64,000 nucleotides of DNA from Negaprion brevirostris (GCA_030324005.1 JARDVH010000097.1:52314449-52378448), one strand, 5' to 3'; counted from the first letter of the stretch, positions 24,240-37,550 are shown. Notes: generated by a model from the letters alone, not told the origin. Translations and numbers: made by a program.

Positions 24240-24907
24240 TATGAAAATAGATAAGTCCCCGGGCCAGATGGGATTTATCCTCGGATTCTCTGGGAGGCTA
24301 TGGAGGAGATTGCAGAGCCTTGTGCTTTGATCTTTAGGTTGTCATTTTCTACAGGAATAGTGCCAGAAGACGGGAGGAAAGCAAATGTTATCCCCTTGTT
24401 CAAGAAGGGGAGTAGAGACAACACTGGTAATTACAGACCAGTGAGCCTTACTTCTACTGTAAGCAAAGTTTTGGAAAGGATTATAAGAGATAGGATTTAT
24501 AATCATCTAGAAAGGAATAATTTGATTAGGGATAGTCAANNNNNNNNNNNNNNNNNNNNNNNNNNNNNNNNNNNNNNNNNNNNNNNNNNNNNNNNNNNNN
24601 NNNNNNNNNNNNNNNNNNNNNNNNNNNNNNNNNNNNNNNTTTAGAACGGAGTTGAGGAGGAACTTCTTCACTCAAAGGGTGGTGAATCTCTGGAATTCTC
24701 TGCCCATTGAAGTGGTAGAGGCTACCTCGCTAAATATATTTAAGTCACGGATAGATAGGTTTTTGATAGACAAAGGAATTAAGGGTTATGGGGAGAAAGT
24801 GGGAAAGTGGAACTTCAGATACACCATGATCTTATTGAATGGTGGAGCAGGCTCGAAGGGCTAGATGGCTTACTCCTGCTCCTATTTCTTATGTTCTTAT
24901 GTTCTTA
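24240..24907 (+). mobile_element. CR1 LINE fragment with 3' tail (gap inside)
   Basis: KANVIPLFKKGSRDNTGNYRPVSLTS; RRNFFTQRVVNLWNSLP; (ttcttatg)n tail. Confidence 0.95.
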
Positions 24908-25084
24908 AGTCAAATTAAACTCACAGGCAAGGCTGACAGTGAAGACAGCCTAACATCAGAGCAAGGGAGCTTGCTTTGACAGGAGGGAGAGGCTGAGGAT
25001 GTGGAATTGGGAGAGGCTGAGGCCAGGGCCATTGGGGTACAGAGAAGCCAGGACCGATAGAGGCCAGGACTGTGGGTCTGAAAG

Positions 25085-25651
25085 AGCGTGAAAACGTGAG
25101 AACACCATATCCCAGGTACACGGTACATACTCTTGCAACTCAGCCAACTGCAGGAAAGAATTCCCGAGGCATGGTACGTTGGGGAGACCATGCAGATGCT
25201 ATGACAACAAATGAATGAACACCACTCGATAATCACCAGGCAAGAGTGTTTTCTTCCTGTGTGGGAACACTTCAGCGGTCACGGGCATTTGGCCTCTGAC
25301 CTTTGGGTGAATGTTCTCCAAGACAGCCTTCACAACACACGACAACGCTGAATCACTGAGTAGCAACTGATAGCCAAGTTCCGCACACATGAGGACTGCC
25401 TCAATGGGGATCTTGGGTTCATGTCACACTATCTGTAACCGCCATGATTTGTCTGGGCTTGCAAAATCTTACTAACTGTTCTGGCGAAAGACAATACACA
25501 TCTCTTTGATCTGTGCTTAACCCTCTCTCCATTCACATTGTCTGTACCTTTAAGACTTGATTATCTGTAAAGACTTGCATTCCAACTATTATTTTGTAAA
25601 TTGAGTTTGTGTCTTTATATGCCCTGTTTGTGAACAGAACTCCCACTTACC
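25085..25651 (+). mobile_element. Penelope-like element 3' end (GIY-YIG endonuclease plus 3' UTR)
   Basis: QVHGTYSCNSAN..EAWYVGETMQML..MNEH..EHFSGHGH..LIAKFRTHEDCLNGDLGFMSHYL-stop; ends ...ctcccacttacc at the gap, where the terminal motif of 45488-45588 would start. Confidence 0.85.
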
Positions 25652-26267
25652 NNNNNNNNNNNNNNNNNNNNNNNNNNNNNNNNNNNNNNNNNNNNNNNNN
25701 NNNNNNNNNNNNNNNNNNNNNNNNNNNNNNNNNNNNNNNNNNNNNNNNNNNNNNNNNNNNNNNNNNNNNNNNNNNNNNNNNNNNNNNNNNNNNNNNNNNN
25801 NNNNNNNNNNNNNNNNNNNNNNNNNNNNNNNNNNNNNNNNNNNNNNNNNNNNNNNNNNNNNNNNNNNNNNNNNNNNNNNNNNNNNNNNNNNNNNNNNNNN
25901 NNNNNNNNNNNNNNNNNNNNNNNNNCCATATGCCTATCCACTGACCATTTGAACGCCCTTAAAGTTGGCGAGTCCACAACTGCTGCAGGCAGGGCATCCC
26001 ACACCCTTACTAACCTCTGAGTAAAGTTTGCAAGCTCACTGAGCGGGAACAACACTGCATCTCTCTTCTTTGTGTTGTCAGCTGCCCCTGAACTCAGCAG
26101 AAGCTGAGCAGCATTGTGTAGATCTCACATGGTGCAGATATCTGCTGTTCTTAGAGGCAAACTCTCCCATATGCTACACTGAGTAATCTTGCTAAATCAG
26201 CATTAGGCAAAGTGAGGGTTCTGGGGTGACATATGCAGTGATGGCAGCATCAGCAGTGACATGCTTA

Positions 26268-26567
26268 GAAGAATCATAGAATCCCTACAGTTTGGAAAGA
26301 GGCCATTTGGCCCATCGAGTTTGCGCCAACCACAATCCCACCCAGGCCCTACCCCCATATCACTACACATTTACCCGCTAATCCCTCTAAACAACGCATT
26401 TCAGGACACCAAGGGGCAATTATGGCATCGCCAATCAACCTAACCCGCACATCTTTGGGCTGTGGCAGGAAACCCAATCAGACCCGAGAAGAATGTGCAA
26501 ACTCCACACAGACAGTGACCCAGGTCCCTGGAGCTGGGAAGCAGCAGTGCTAACCACTGTGCTACCG
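26268..26567 (-). mobile_element. HE1-like V-SINE
   Basis: Collinear with 464-789, with small deletions. Confidence 0.88.
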
Positions 26568-26830
26568 TGTGTGTGAGAGAGTGGGAGGTGAGCATGTGTA
26601 TGAGAGAAATAGACGTGAGTATGTGTCAGAGAGAGAGGTGAGTGTGTGTGTGAAGTTATGTGTGAGAGAGAGGTGAGTGTGTGAGTTTGTGAGAGAGAGA
26701 GGTGAGAGTGTGTGTGTGTGTATGAGAGAGAGAGTTGACTGTGTGTCTGAGAGAGAGCTGTGTGTGCATGTGTCTTATAGAGAGGTGTGTGTGTTTGTGC
26801 ATATTTTGGGAGTGAGTCTGTGTGTGCATG
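26567..26830 (+). repeat. Compound (TG)n/(GA)n low-complexity tract
   Basis: Directly visible; source of the HTHT ORFs. Confidence 0.9.
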
Positions 26831-27479
26831 CACTTATGTCTGAAATAAGAATCCAGCTCTCCAGCTGCACTCCCAGTATTAAATGAATTTGTGGGCAAAA
26901 GATCAGCATCACTCCTCTCATTAAAAATGACAAGGTGAAGGTGAGACTTCGAAGTATTTGTTGAATAAGGGAACTTTTAATTTAAAAGACTTTTAATGAT
27001 TTGTTTTTGTATGTTTGTACCTACTGCACAATTTTTTTTGTGATTTAAGTCTTCAGTATAATAATTTTTTTGGTTCCATCTTGGGTGGTCCTGGCTATGT
27101 GCTTTAGGATATTTCTGAACATGAAAGACACCAAACAAATGCAAATTGTTATTGTTGGTTCCTTTTTATTTGCACTGTACCAGGCTTTATGAAAATTTTT
27201 GCTGAGGCTCAGTGCTGGACATCTGTCTGTAATTGGTGAATGTCCTATTTTCAGATATGAATAAAGTAGGAGGTATATTCTCAGCCTTCCACTTCTATTT
27301 CTTATCATTGAGATCTAGGACCAATGTGATCTGAAGGAGTTCCAAGAAGATTTTGTAGATTTGTGTTGGAAATCTTTCAGATGGTAAAGCCTGAGTAAGA
27401 CCTAGCCGAAAACCAAACAGAACCATTAGAGTATATTGGATTTCTTTAATGCTTGGGGCCTCTGATAGTCACTCACTAG

Positions 27480-27552
27480 TAAGAAGTCTTTTTACTGAGT
27501 GTGAGAAAGACTTCTTACCGTGCTTACCCCAGTCCAACACGGACATCTCCAC
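27480..27552 (+). mobile_element. Mini fold-back PLE-terminus insertion
   Basis: gtaagaagtcttt...aaagacttcttac hairpin, then gtgcttaccccagtccaacacggacatctccac; flanked by a 13-bp direct repeat agtcact(c/t)actag. Confidence 0.7.
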
Positions 27553-28585
27553 AGTCACTTACTAGCCAGACCTCACCTGCGAAGTCAACATCTGAACTCA
27601 TTTTTGTCTTCTTGTTTCCTGGTGTAGAGCAAATCTCAAGTTAAACTACAATGATTTACATTGATGTGTGGTCCTGATTAATGTAGTGAAACTATAAATT
27701 ATATTGTAATCTTATTGGATTTATTATCAAGGGGAGCAAAATTAGTAATGCTTTCCTTAAGAGGCTATTTAAAAGTATGCTCCCAAGTACCATATTTGTG
27801 TGCTTTTGTTGTTGAAAATTGTTTCCAAGATCAGCTGAATTTATTTGCATGAATATGACATAAGCAAATTCCTAAAAGATAACTAAACCTTCACCAAGCC
27901 CAGCTTTGTTTTTTTCGGCGTTCATGGGGCATTCCTGTATGTGTGGTTCTGGTTTGAAGACATTTTTGTCTGGCCCAACCCTTCAGGTACAACAAGATTC
28001 CACTGTATATTTTCAGAAGTTTGTGTCAGCCTATGGAAGCCAGTGAATTCTTCTATATTCAAGCATAGGTTTTTAGAACATTTATGGCACATTTAACATT
28101 AAGAAATAGGTTTAGTTATTTAAGTAGAGCAACAACAAAAAAAAACGCATGTTATCTCCGTATGTTTTTAAAGTTCTGCTTTATATGACTCCTCCTTTTG
28201 CATACTTTGTGTTGTCTTGGCTTGCACTATATACTTTAGTCACACCCAGAAATATCAACACATTCAAATATTTCTGAAACAACAATGTGCAATTTATTTC
28301 ATCTTTATACCAGTGCTAATAAACTGTATTTAACAAAAGCATGCTGTAGTATTAGCAAGCATCATTTTTTGACTTCAGTTGCGCCATTGGAATGTTTGCA
28401 GGTTCATGGGGGAAATAAATGCATAACTTCCAGTTTGCAAAACCCGTTTAACTGTGCAGGGACTGACCTGAGGCTGGTAATGTGGTATCAGTGCAATGAC
28501 AGCAGGATACCTGCTTTTTGCAAACAGTTCACACCTGTATTGTATTTAGCATTGTTTAATTTTTTTAAATTATAGTTTTTGCACA

Positions 28586-28830
28586 GGGTGACTGTCTGTT
28601 TGGAGTTTGCACGCTCTGCCTGTGTCTGTATAGGTTTCCTCTGGTTCCCTCCCACACTCCAAAGATGTGCAAGTTCGATTGATTGGCCATGCTAAATTGA
28701 CACGTAGTGTCAGGGAGATTAGCAGCGTAAATACATGGGGTTAGGAGGAGAAGGCCTAGGTGGGATTGTTGTCAGTGTTGACTTGAGGGGCCAAATGGCC
28801 TCCATCTGCACTGTCGGGATTCTATGATTC
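28586..28830 (+). mobile_element. 5'-truncated HE1-like V-SINE
   Basis: gggtgactgtctgtttggagtttgcac... through ...gcactgtcgggattctatgatt. Confidence 0.88.
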
Positions 28831-28899
28831 CAGGCCGTGGACAAAGACTCGTTGTCCTCGGCCTGAAGGACTTCAACAATAAGGTAAGCTTGGACTTCC

Positions 28900-30040
28900 T
28901 ATAGGTTAACTAACCCTTTAGCCATGCTAATATATTGCTGTAAGCTTCAAGAGTCTTATCTTACATATTATCCTTTCGAGTGCCACCTTATTGACTTACC
29001 TACTGCTTTTCTTCTAATTATGCTACGAGTTACATCTTCAAATACTCTAATAAATATTTAAAATATGACTTTCCTTGCTCTTAACTATGTTGGCTTTGTC
29101 TAATGATACTATAATTTTCAATGTACATTGTTAAGACTTCCTTAAAAATAAATTCCAGCATTTTCCCAATTATACAGCCTATCTGGCCAGTAATTCCCAG
29201 TTTACTCTCTCCTGCCTTTCTTGAAGAGTGATGTTACATTTGTTAATTTCTAATCCACTGGGCAGTTCTAGAATGTTGGGAAATTGTAACCAGCACCTCG
29301 GCTATCTCTACAGCTATCTCTTTTGAAGTGTTGGATGTAGATAATCAAATCTCATGATTCATCAGATTTTAGTCCCTTAAATTTCTCCAATATTTTTTCT
29401 CTGCTAATATCAATTACCTTCAGTTTCCCAATCTTACTAGCCTCTTGATTTTCCTCTCTTTCTGGCATGTAATTTGTGTCTTTCACAGCCTTGTTTGTTC
29501 AATATCTTTGCCACTCCTTTATTCCCCATGATAATTTCCCTTGTTTTGGCTCTAATGCACCAATATTTACTCTCTTTTTCATATGCTTTTGAATAATTTA
29601 TTTGAATGTTTACAACTTTATTTATTGTCATATCATTTAGTCCATTTCCTCATAAGAACATAAGAAATAGGAACAGGAGCAGGCCATCTAGCCCTTTGAG
29701 CCTGCCCCGCCATTCAATAAGATCATGGCTGATCTGAAATGGCTCAGTTCCACTTTCCCGCTTTCTCCCCATAANNNNNNNNNNNNNNNNNNNNNNNNNN
29801 NNNNNNNNNNNNNNNNNNNNNNNNNNNNNNNNNNNNNNNNNNNNNNNNNNNNNNNNNNNNNNNNNNNNNNNNNNCGCCCTTTAAATAGTAATCCCTCCTA
29901 CTATTATTCCTGCCAAAGTGGATAACCTCACACTTGCTAACATTGTACTCCGTCTGCCAGGCCCTCGCCCACTCGCTCAGCCTATCCAGATCCCCCTGCA
30001 GACTTTCCACACTCTCCGCACAATTTGCTTTTCCACTTCA
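28900..30040 (-). mobile_element. CR1 fragments: old copy 28900-29640 and younger copy 29654-30040
   Basis: aagaacataagaaatagg tail; LQGDLDRLSEWARAWQTEYNVSKCEVIHFGR. Confidence 0.8.
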
Positions 30041-30503
30041 ATCAACCTCAGCCAATATCCCTTCATATCCATCTAATTGATTTAATATAAATTTAAATTT
30101 CGTGTTTGGATTATGTCACTTTCAAAATTTAAAATGGAATCATGTTGTATTGTGATCTTTTAACATGAGATTTTTCATTAACCCAGCCCTAGTGCCCAGT
30201 ACTAGAGCTAAGATAGCTTTATCACTATTTAGTTCCCTGACAGGATGGATAATATACTCTTCCTCCTCCAAAGGAAGTATCCTGGAGATTTTGTGCCTCC
30301 ATTGATTGAATTCAGCAGTCTAGGGCAGTTGGCCCCTGCTCCTCTAGACCTCTGAAGTATGTCTACATGCAGAAATCCTGCTTTGTCAAGTAACCATTAG
30401 CAATCAGCAACTGGTCTTCCTTCTCCAGGCAACAAGTAAGCTAAGTGCAGGTGAAGGTCTCCACCTGCTCGACATTGCTTGGGGTGAATCTGCCAGCCGT
30501 AAT

Positions 30504-30757
30504 GGGTGGCACAGTGGTTAGCACTGCTGCCTCTTAGCGCCAGGCTCCTGGGTTCGATTCCCAGCTTGGGTCACTGTCTGCGTGGAGTTTGCACATTCTC
30601 TGTGTCTGCGTGGGTTTCCTCTGAATGCTCCAGTTTCCTCCCACAGTCTGAAAGACATGCCGGTTAGGTGCATTGACGGAGTGTGGCGACTAGGGGAATT
30701 TCACAGTAATTTCATTGCAATGTTAATGTAAGCCTTGTGACTAATAAATAAACTTTA
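30504..30757 (+). mobile_element. HE1-like V-SINE variant with the alternative tail
   Basis: gggtggcacagtggttagcactgctgcc...ggagtgtggcgactaggggaatttcacagtaatttcattgc...aataaataaacttta. Confidence 0.88.
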
Positions 30758-31713
30758 TTTAAAGAGTTTTGAAGAGGATAGCTCTGATGTGAGGACCTCT
30801 GATCCATATTGGGAACCACAAAATGTGAGCTGAAATGTTACTGATGGTTAAATAGCACAGAAACCTGACCCCCCCTCCCCCTCCCGCCATGACAAAGGTA
30901 TCAGCTTCTCCCTGGACCAGTTTACAAGTCATTTTATTTTTGCAAAAAATACAACAAGTAGTACAATCATTGATGGGGAAAACATCCAAAGTCTTTCTTT
31001 CTTTTTATACAAACGCAATGAAAAATCAATAAATTAAAAATAAATGAGGAAAAGTGGTTAAATGTTTGCATTAGACCTTAAGTTCCCCTTTGGACACTCT
31101 TTTCCATGTCCCTTCCCATAGGTGCTTACCCATACCACAGTTTGGGAACCTCTGATTTGCATAATAGCATCAGACTAGTGCATAATGCATAATGCTTTGG
31201 GAGTGCACCATGCAGTTTGTCCAGATCAGTGGCAAAGCCCAACATCCACCCTGAAAACAGCACTTGGTAATGTCCAACATCAAGCAGCAACAATAATGCA
31301 TTCATTCATGAAGTTCACTTTAGTTGCAGAAGAGTGCAATGGTGAATCACCAGAATGGTGACTGACCAGATAAAAACTGGAATTGACAGTTCAGCAAGTG
31401 CAACTTGTTTATCAGAGAGCTAGCTCAAGATTTTCTTCAGCTGCTGAGCCTTGGAACTACAAATAACTCATCATTACTCATTTGATGATGTGCCAAGCAG
31501 CCTTGAAAATCTGTGGTATCTATTGAAGAGTCCACAATATTAAACCATGTAATAATGCACGGTAGTCTGATCAATATTCTATAAGTGGCTTGTCCTTTCT
31601 ATAATTGTTTAAGTTGCTAAACTCTTCAGGGAGATGGCAAGCACAAACCACATGGATGTTCTAGCAGGAATTTCCCTTGGATTACAGCATCACTTATAGA
31701 ATCAATGGAAGCC

Positions 31714-31917
31714 ATGAGGTGGAGATGCTGGCATTGGACTGGGGTGAGCACAGTAAGAAGTCTCACAACACCAGGTTAAAGTCCAACAGGTTTATTTGGA
31801 ATCACAAACTTTCGGAGCACTGCTCCTTCATTCACCTGATGAATGAGCAGCACTACAAAAGCTTGTAATTTCAAATAAACCTGTTGGACTTTAAACTGGC
31901 ATTGTGAGACATCTTAC
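31714..31917. mobile_element. Fold-back PLE-terminus insertion with hammerhead-like remnants in both arms
   Basis: Long inverted arms; ctttcggagcactgctccttcat and cctgatgaatgagcagcactacaaaagc at the centre; flanking direct repeat agaatcaatg(g)aag. Confidence 0.8.
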
Positions 31918-31959
31918 AGAATCAATGAAGACATAGAGAGCACTACTAGGAGAGACGGG

Positions 31960-32370
31960 GGAAGGGAGCTTAGATGGAAGACATATCACTGCAGGGTGTT
32001 CAGGGACCAATTCTCTTACCTGAACCTCAGTGAAGAACATTGAAAGATGTCTACACTTCATAAGGAACTCCTCACAGAATTCCTCCACCTGCTGCAACCA
32101 CAATTGTAACCTCAGAATAGGGATTTCCAATGTTCACAAGGATGACTATGGAAATGAACTTTCATACATTAAGATCCTTCCAGGCTGGTACTGGAGGTAT
32201 TTGCAATATCTCATTGTTTGCTGTCTACTGCTGGACAAGGAAAGTCACTGAGACTTTTATTCAAAGAAAGCTAACATCTTGCTCTGTCTTGCTAAAGGCC
32301 AGTAGGCAGTGCTAGGATTGCAGACTTCTTCCTGTTGCAAGATGCAATTGACTGCATGCACATTGATTTT
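31960..32370 (+). mobile_element. Decayed PIF/Harbinger transposase fragment
   Basis: SYLNLSEEH, SFQAGTGGICNIS..AVYC..RKVTE, ARIADFFLLQDAIDCMHI; same family as 3770-4380. A further N-terminal-like piece lies at ~32740-32900. Confidence 0.75.
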
Positions 32371-33889
32371 TAGGCATTTTATTCAATTATGAGATGTAAT
32401 ACAATGTCCAGCTGATCTGTGACTATAGGCATCAAATCAAGTAGGTTAATGCCTGATATCCTGGCAGCAGCTATGATGCCTTCATTCTGTGACTGTCCGC
32501 TGTGCTATTTACATTTGAACTGCCTACAGGAAGGCTTTGAAGGAAAATTGGACAACTAACTGATCACAAAGACGACAGCAGTAGCAAGGGGCACAATGGT
32601 CACATTTTTCTGCCAGTGTCAAGGACAACCCCTTTGCTGGAGGCATGGAACCCTGGGCACCAGAATGATAGGGAAAGGAACAAGGGGCAAAAAGGACATG
32701 AAAGCCGTAGCCTCCACATAGGATCTATGTAATGATGGAGCTATCTGGAGACGATTGAGACCCAGTGCCTTTGGAGACTGCAACTTTCCAAGCAGATGGT
32801 CACAAATATCTGTGCTCTCATTACTGTGCCCTCATCACACCTCACAACACTGATCATTATGCTTTATCAATAACCATCAAAATCACTTTGGCCTAACTTC
32901 AGGCCATAAGATTAGCTTTCACAGATTAAACTGGGCAAGGCCCTAAACGAAGATAATTTGGAGTGATAAAAGAAAGAATATTTTTGGGAATACTGCAGGA
33001 GGTTTAAGAGAGGGTTGACAGAGGGGAAGAGGAATGACTATCCCTGCAGATGTTGAACACAGCACAAGAAATTCTTCCTGGACTATAATTGTTAGAGGGC
33101 TTCAAGGAAGATGTGAGAACCCTAAAGGATGAAACTGAGTATGAGCTTTAAATAGTTAACTTTTCCAATGCTTGTTTTGTTTAGATTGAACTAGGTTAAA
33201 CTGAAAAGACCCCAGTGACTAGGCTTTTTGTGTCACTTGACAATCCAACTTTGTTTCCAGCACTTTCTGTTTTCAATTCAAATTTTGACTATCAGCCTGT
33301 CAGGCACATTTCAAGTGATAATCTTTCAGTAAAACTGATGAACCATGTGGACGTAGCTCGACTTATCTAATGTCTCACTGTTGAACACTGTCTAGAGGTA
33401 CTTAAAGAGTAATCACTTGTGTGAGTGGCACCACATGAATCACCATAAATTCAAAAAAAAGGTAAATAAGGGAAAAAAAAGGTTGGATTCTGGAAGTTTG
33501 TACACATTTATCATTTGCTGTACATTTTAAAACAGATTGACAAAGAAGCTTTCAAAATCAACTAGACAACTTCTGGTTTCCAAACAATAACAATCGTGGG
33601 AGACTGGTAGAACCCCAGGAAAATGCCATAGTCATTTCCCCCATTCCTTGCAAATTCTGGGAACTTCCTGCTGGAATTACAGCAGAAGTCTTCAGTGAAT
33701 TCACAGGGCCAATCTTAGATTTTTTAAAAAGAGATGAATCACACCCAACTGGCCTAAAAGATTTATCCAGTCAGTAATTGAATGATGCAGACTAGGAAAA
33801 TACAAGGCTTGATTTCTGGTCTATGCTGAGTAAGTTCAAGAGACTGGTTGAGTGATGACAGTTAATCTCAGGTTTGTAGCCTCAGCAAG

Positions 33890-34995
33890 TGTTGTGGAAT
33901 GCTCCCCACTTGTCTGAATGATTGCCATTCCAGCACCTATTTTACATACCCAACAAATGAACAAACTCAAATTAACTTAGGGACAAATTAAAAAGGGCAG
34001 CCCCCCAAAAAGGAAGGGGGGATGGCCCAAACAGAAACCAAAGTCCAAAGGAAACTTAAAACATCAAATCAAAATGTGATTGTAAGGGTCTATAACACAC
34101 CCCANNNNNNNNNNNNNNNNNNNNNNNNNNNNNNNNNNNNNNNNNNNNNNNNNNNNNNNNNNNNNNNNNNNNNNNNNNNNNNNNNNNNNNNNNNNNNNNN
34201 NNNNAAATGTGATTGTAAGGATCTATAACACACCCCAGCCCTTGCCATTCCAGCACCACTTGAAAAAAAAACTCTCAGCCTCCAAGACAAAGCAGCCGGA
34301 TAATTGGTATCCCATCCACTACCCTAAATGCTCACTCTTGTATCCACTAATGCATCATGGCTACAATGAGTACGAATTACAAGATGCACTGCCCGTAAGT
34401 TAATTTGAGTTTGTTTATTTGACTGGTGTGAAAAGACCTGCAAGACGTACTGCAGCAACTCGCCAAGTTTTCTTCAATAGTACTTTGCAAACCTATAACC
34501 TTTGCCACGCGAAATAACAAGGGCAACAAGCAAATGGGCACACCACCATCAGCAAATTATCGTCCTGGCTACATACCATTCTGAATTGGAAATACACTGC
34601 TGATCCATAACTGTAATTGTCCCTTCTAGGGCAATGCAATAGAGTAAGGGTCACCTGGTCTGGGTGACCAATTAGGACTCAGAGCAGGGAATCACCCCAG
34701 GGAGGAGTTCTCCTAGTGCAGAGGTACTTTGGAGTTAGCTGCAAATATGCAGCTCTTGAAGATCATTTGTTAAGAAATTCCTTTTAGTTCTACTAATGAT
34801 AACTCCCTGAAAGTGTACCATTACACTGCTGCTGGCTCAAAATCCTGGAACTCTCTTTCTAACAGCACCCACAATAGTCAGACTGTAGTAGTTGAAGAAA
34901 ATGGCTCATCACCACCTTCTCAAGGGCAATTAGAGATGGGTAATAAATGTTGCTCTTGCCAGAAATGGCCACATCCCATGAATGGATTTAAAAAT
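33890..34995 (+). mobile_element. 3' part of the CR1/L2-group LINE family seen at 56293-59305, with three nested inserts
   Basis: Collinear with 6830-7320 after removing inserts at 33938-34241, ~34393-34440 and 34612-34825. Confidence 0.7.
33938..34241 (-). mobile_element. 5'-truncated non-LTR retroelement 3' end, probably Tx1/L1 clade
   Basis: Exact 16-bp TSD ttgccattccagcacc (33922-33937 and 34242-34257); minus frame GLGCVIDPYNHI(LI-stop) then a T-rich 3' UTR; clade from memory. Confidence 0.6.
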
Positions 34996-35769
34996 TCTTA
35001 TATGGACTGTTGCTTGTCTTTATAAAGAGTAAAAGTGAAGTTTATATTTCTCAAGAATAGTTTTATATTAATGAGGATTACAAGTTCTGGCAAGTAGAAT
35101 GAAGTGGTATAATTACGGATTTCATATTACTAAGCAAAGCTTTCATCTGATTGTTTGTTCTGCATTGCAACCATAGCTCATTAGGTCTCTGATTGCGGAA
35201 GGAGAATGTTTCGCTTTCATCACATAGAGGTGGAGTATATCTACTTCTTTAAAATGTGACACAGGTATCATTTGATGCCAATGCACAATTATAATATGAA
35301 GTTATGGTGTTAGTTTTTAATATAAATTAGTACTTAACATTCTGTTTGACATATGGGTGTGAATTTTACTGTCCAGCCCACCATGGGAATCAAAACAGGT
35401 GAGGGGCAGACAATGGAAAGGTCTGTTGACCTTGGGTGGGGTTTTCTGGTTTCAGGGCAAGTGAGGTCAGAAAATCCCATGTATGGATTATTAATGAAAA
35501 GCCCTAATACAAAAATGGTCTTATTTTTCCTCTTTTGTCCACTTCCCTCTGAAGGCATTGCTTTTAACTGCAACACTGTTCATCAGTGCTGTTTGTCCTC
35601 TTATATTTTGTCAGGTGGGTATGCTGGACAGGCTATTGAACTCTTGGGAACACCCAGCTATATCAACCCTGTTGTCATTCACCATTCACACACACACATA
35701 GAACATTTTCCTATCCAGCAGTAAGATGCTGAGTTGAACTGTGGGACATTTGGCTGACGAACAGGAAAA

Positions 35770-36630
35770 CTACTTATGACTTATAGTAGTGCCTTGGATG
35801 AAGGGACAGACTTATTTGCAGCCAAATTTGCTGACGATTGGTAGGAAAGCAAGTGTGAGGAGGATACAAAGAGTCAGCAAAGAGATANNNNNNNNNNNNN
35901 NNNNNNNNNNNNNNNNNNNNNNNNNNNNNNNNNNNNNNNNNNNNNNNNNNNNNNNNNNNNNNNNNNNNNNNNNNNNNNNNNNNNTCGAATGCTGCATACA
36001 AAGGGATCTCCTTGTCCTTGGACATAAATCACAAAAAGTTAGGTTGGAGATGCACTTCATAATTGGAAGGGCAAATGAAATGTTGGCCTTTTATTGCAAG
36101 GAGTATGGTGTATAAAAAGTAGGAAAGTGCATTGCTTGTACAGTTTTGTCATCTTACTTAAAGACAGACATACTTGCATTAGAGAGAGTTCAGAGAAGGT
36201 TCACTAGGCTGATTCCTGGGATAAGGGGCTTGTTTTATGAGAGGTTGAGCAGGTTGAGTTTCAAAGAATGAGAGATGACTTTATTGAAACACGAGATGCT
36301 AAGGAGACATGAGGATAGATGCTGAGAGGATGTATTCTCTTTGAGGAGAATCTCAAACTACGGGGCACAATTTAAAAATAAGGGGGTCTCCCATTTAAGA
36401 TGGAGATGAGGAAGAACTTTTTCTCTGAATCATTAGCATTTGGAATTCTCTTCCCCAGTGGACAGTGGTGGCTGAATTTAAAAATAATTTTGCGTTTCAA
36501 GAGTGTCAAGGGATCCTGCGGGCAGGCAAGAAAGTGGAGTTAAGGACACAATCAGATCAGCTGTGATCATATTGAGTGGCAGAGCAGGCTTGAGAGACCG
36601 AGTGATCTACTCCTGCTCTTATTTGTTGTT
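35770..36630 (+). mobile_element. CR1 LINE 3' fragment, decayed
   Basis: AKFADD motif near 35821; VQRRFTRLIPG; ...gatctactcctgctctta tail. Confidence 0.85.
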
Positions 36631-37192
36631 TCCACCTACTGCTACCCCAGTTGAAATCAGCTAACAAACCATTGACTGAAAATTGCACATGAGCCATTCT
36701 GGCATACAGCTCAGTGACTTATCAGATTCCTTTACATATCTTTTTATAATCAATCTGAAGTTGTACAGAATTTTTTGTACAAATCTACAGAAATTGAGGT
36801 CAGGTGACATTACAACCCCAACTTTTACCCTGCCTGCCCAGTACAAAGGTTTGTAAAGGGTATTAAAATGGTAGGTTGCCATAAACATCATGCCTTGTCA
36901 TATAACAAATTGGTGTATTTCCAGAGCAACATTAAGACCTGTGGCCTGAATTTGCCTAGTTTAGTTAAATATTATTTTAAGGTTTCCTTTTGGAGTCAGT
37001 GGCACAAGAGTGCTTTTCCTGACTCCAACCTTGGACACCCTCTGTCACAACTACCCCCACCTCCCAGTCATTAGTTTGGCCAAATCACATTTCCTTAGCC
37101 CCGCATTGCACTGATTTTCCACTTTCATTCATCGGCCTCAAAATCATCTCCATCAGCTTTGGGTAGGAATCAGCATCAAGATGTTTCTATTA

Positions 37193-37550
37193 GACCATAA
37201 GATATAGGAGCAGAATTAGGCCATTCAGCCTATCGAATCTGCTCTGCCATTCAATGATAGATTTCTCAACTCCTTTCTCCCTCTTTTTCCCTGTAACCTT
37301 GATCCCTTCACCAATCTAGAACCCATCTATCTCTGTCTTACATACACTCAATGATCAGGTCTTCACAGTTTTCTGTGGCAATGAGTTCTATAGATTCACT
37401 ACCCTCTGGCTAAAGAAATTCTTCCTCATCTTGGTTTTAAAAGATTGTCCCTTTACTCTGAGGCTATGCCCTTGGATCTTAATCTCTCCGACTAATGGAA
37501 ACATCTTCCCCATGTCCACTCTATCTAGGCCTTCCAGTACTCTGTATTTC
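37193..37550 (-). mobile_element. CR1 LINE 3' end
   Basis: gaccataagatataggagcagaattaggccattcagcc tail in reverse; RKNFFSQRVVNL motif. Confidence 0.85.

Noticed and set aside
34072-34236. Direct repeat on both sides of a 100-N gap
   Set aside because: Typical unmerged contig overlap (1 mismatch); likely an assembly artefact
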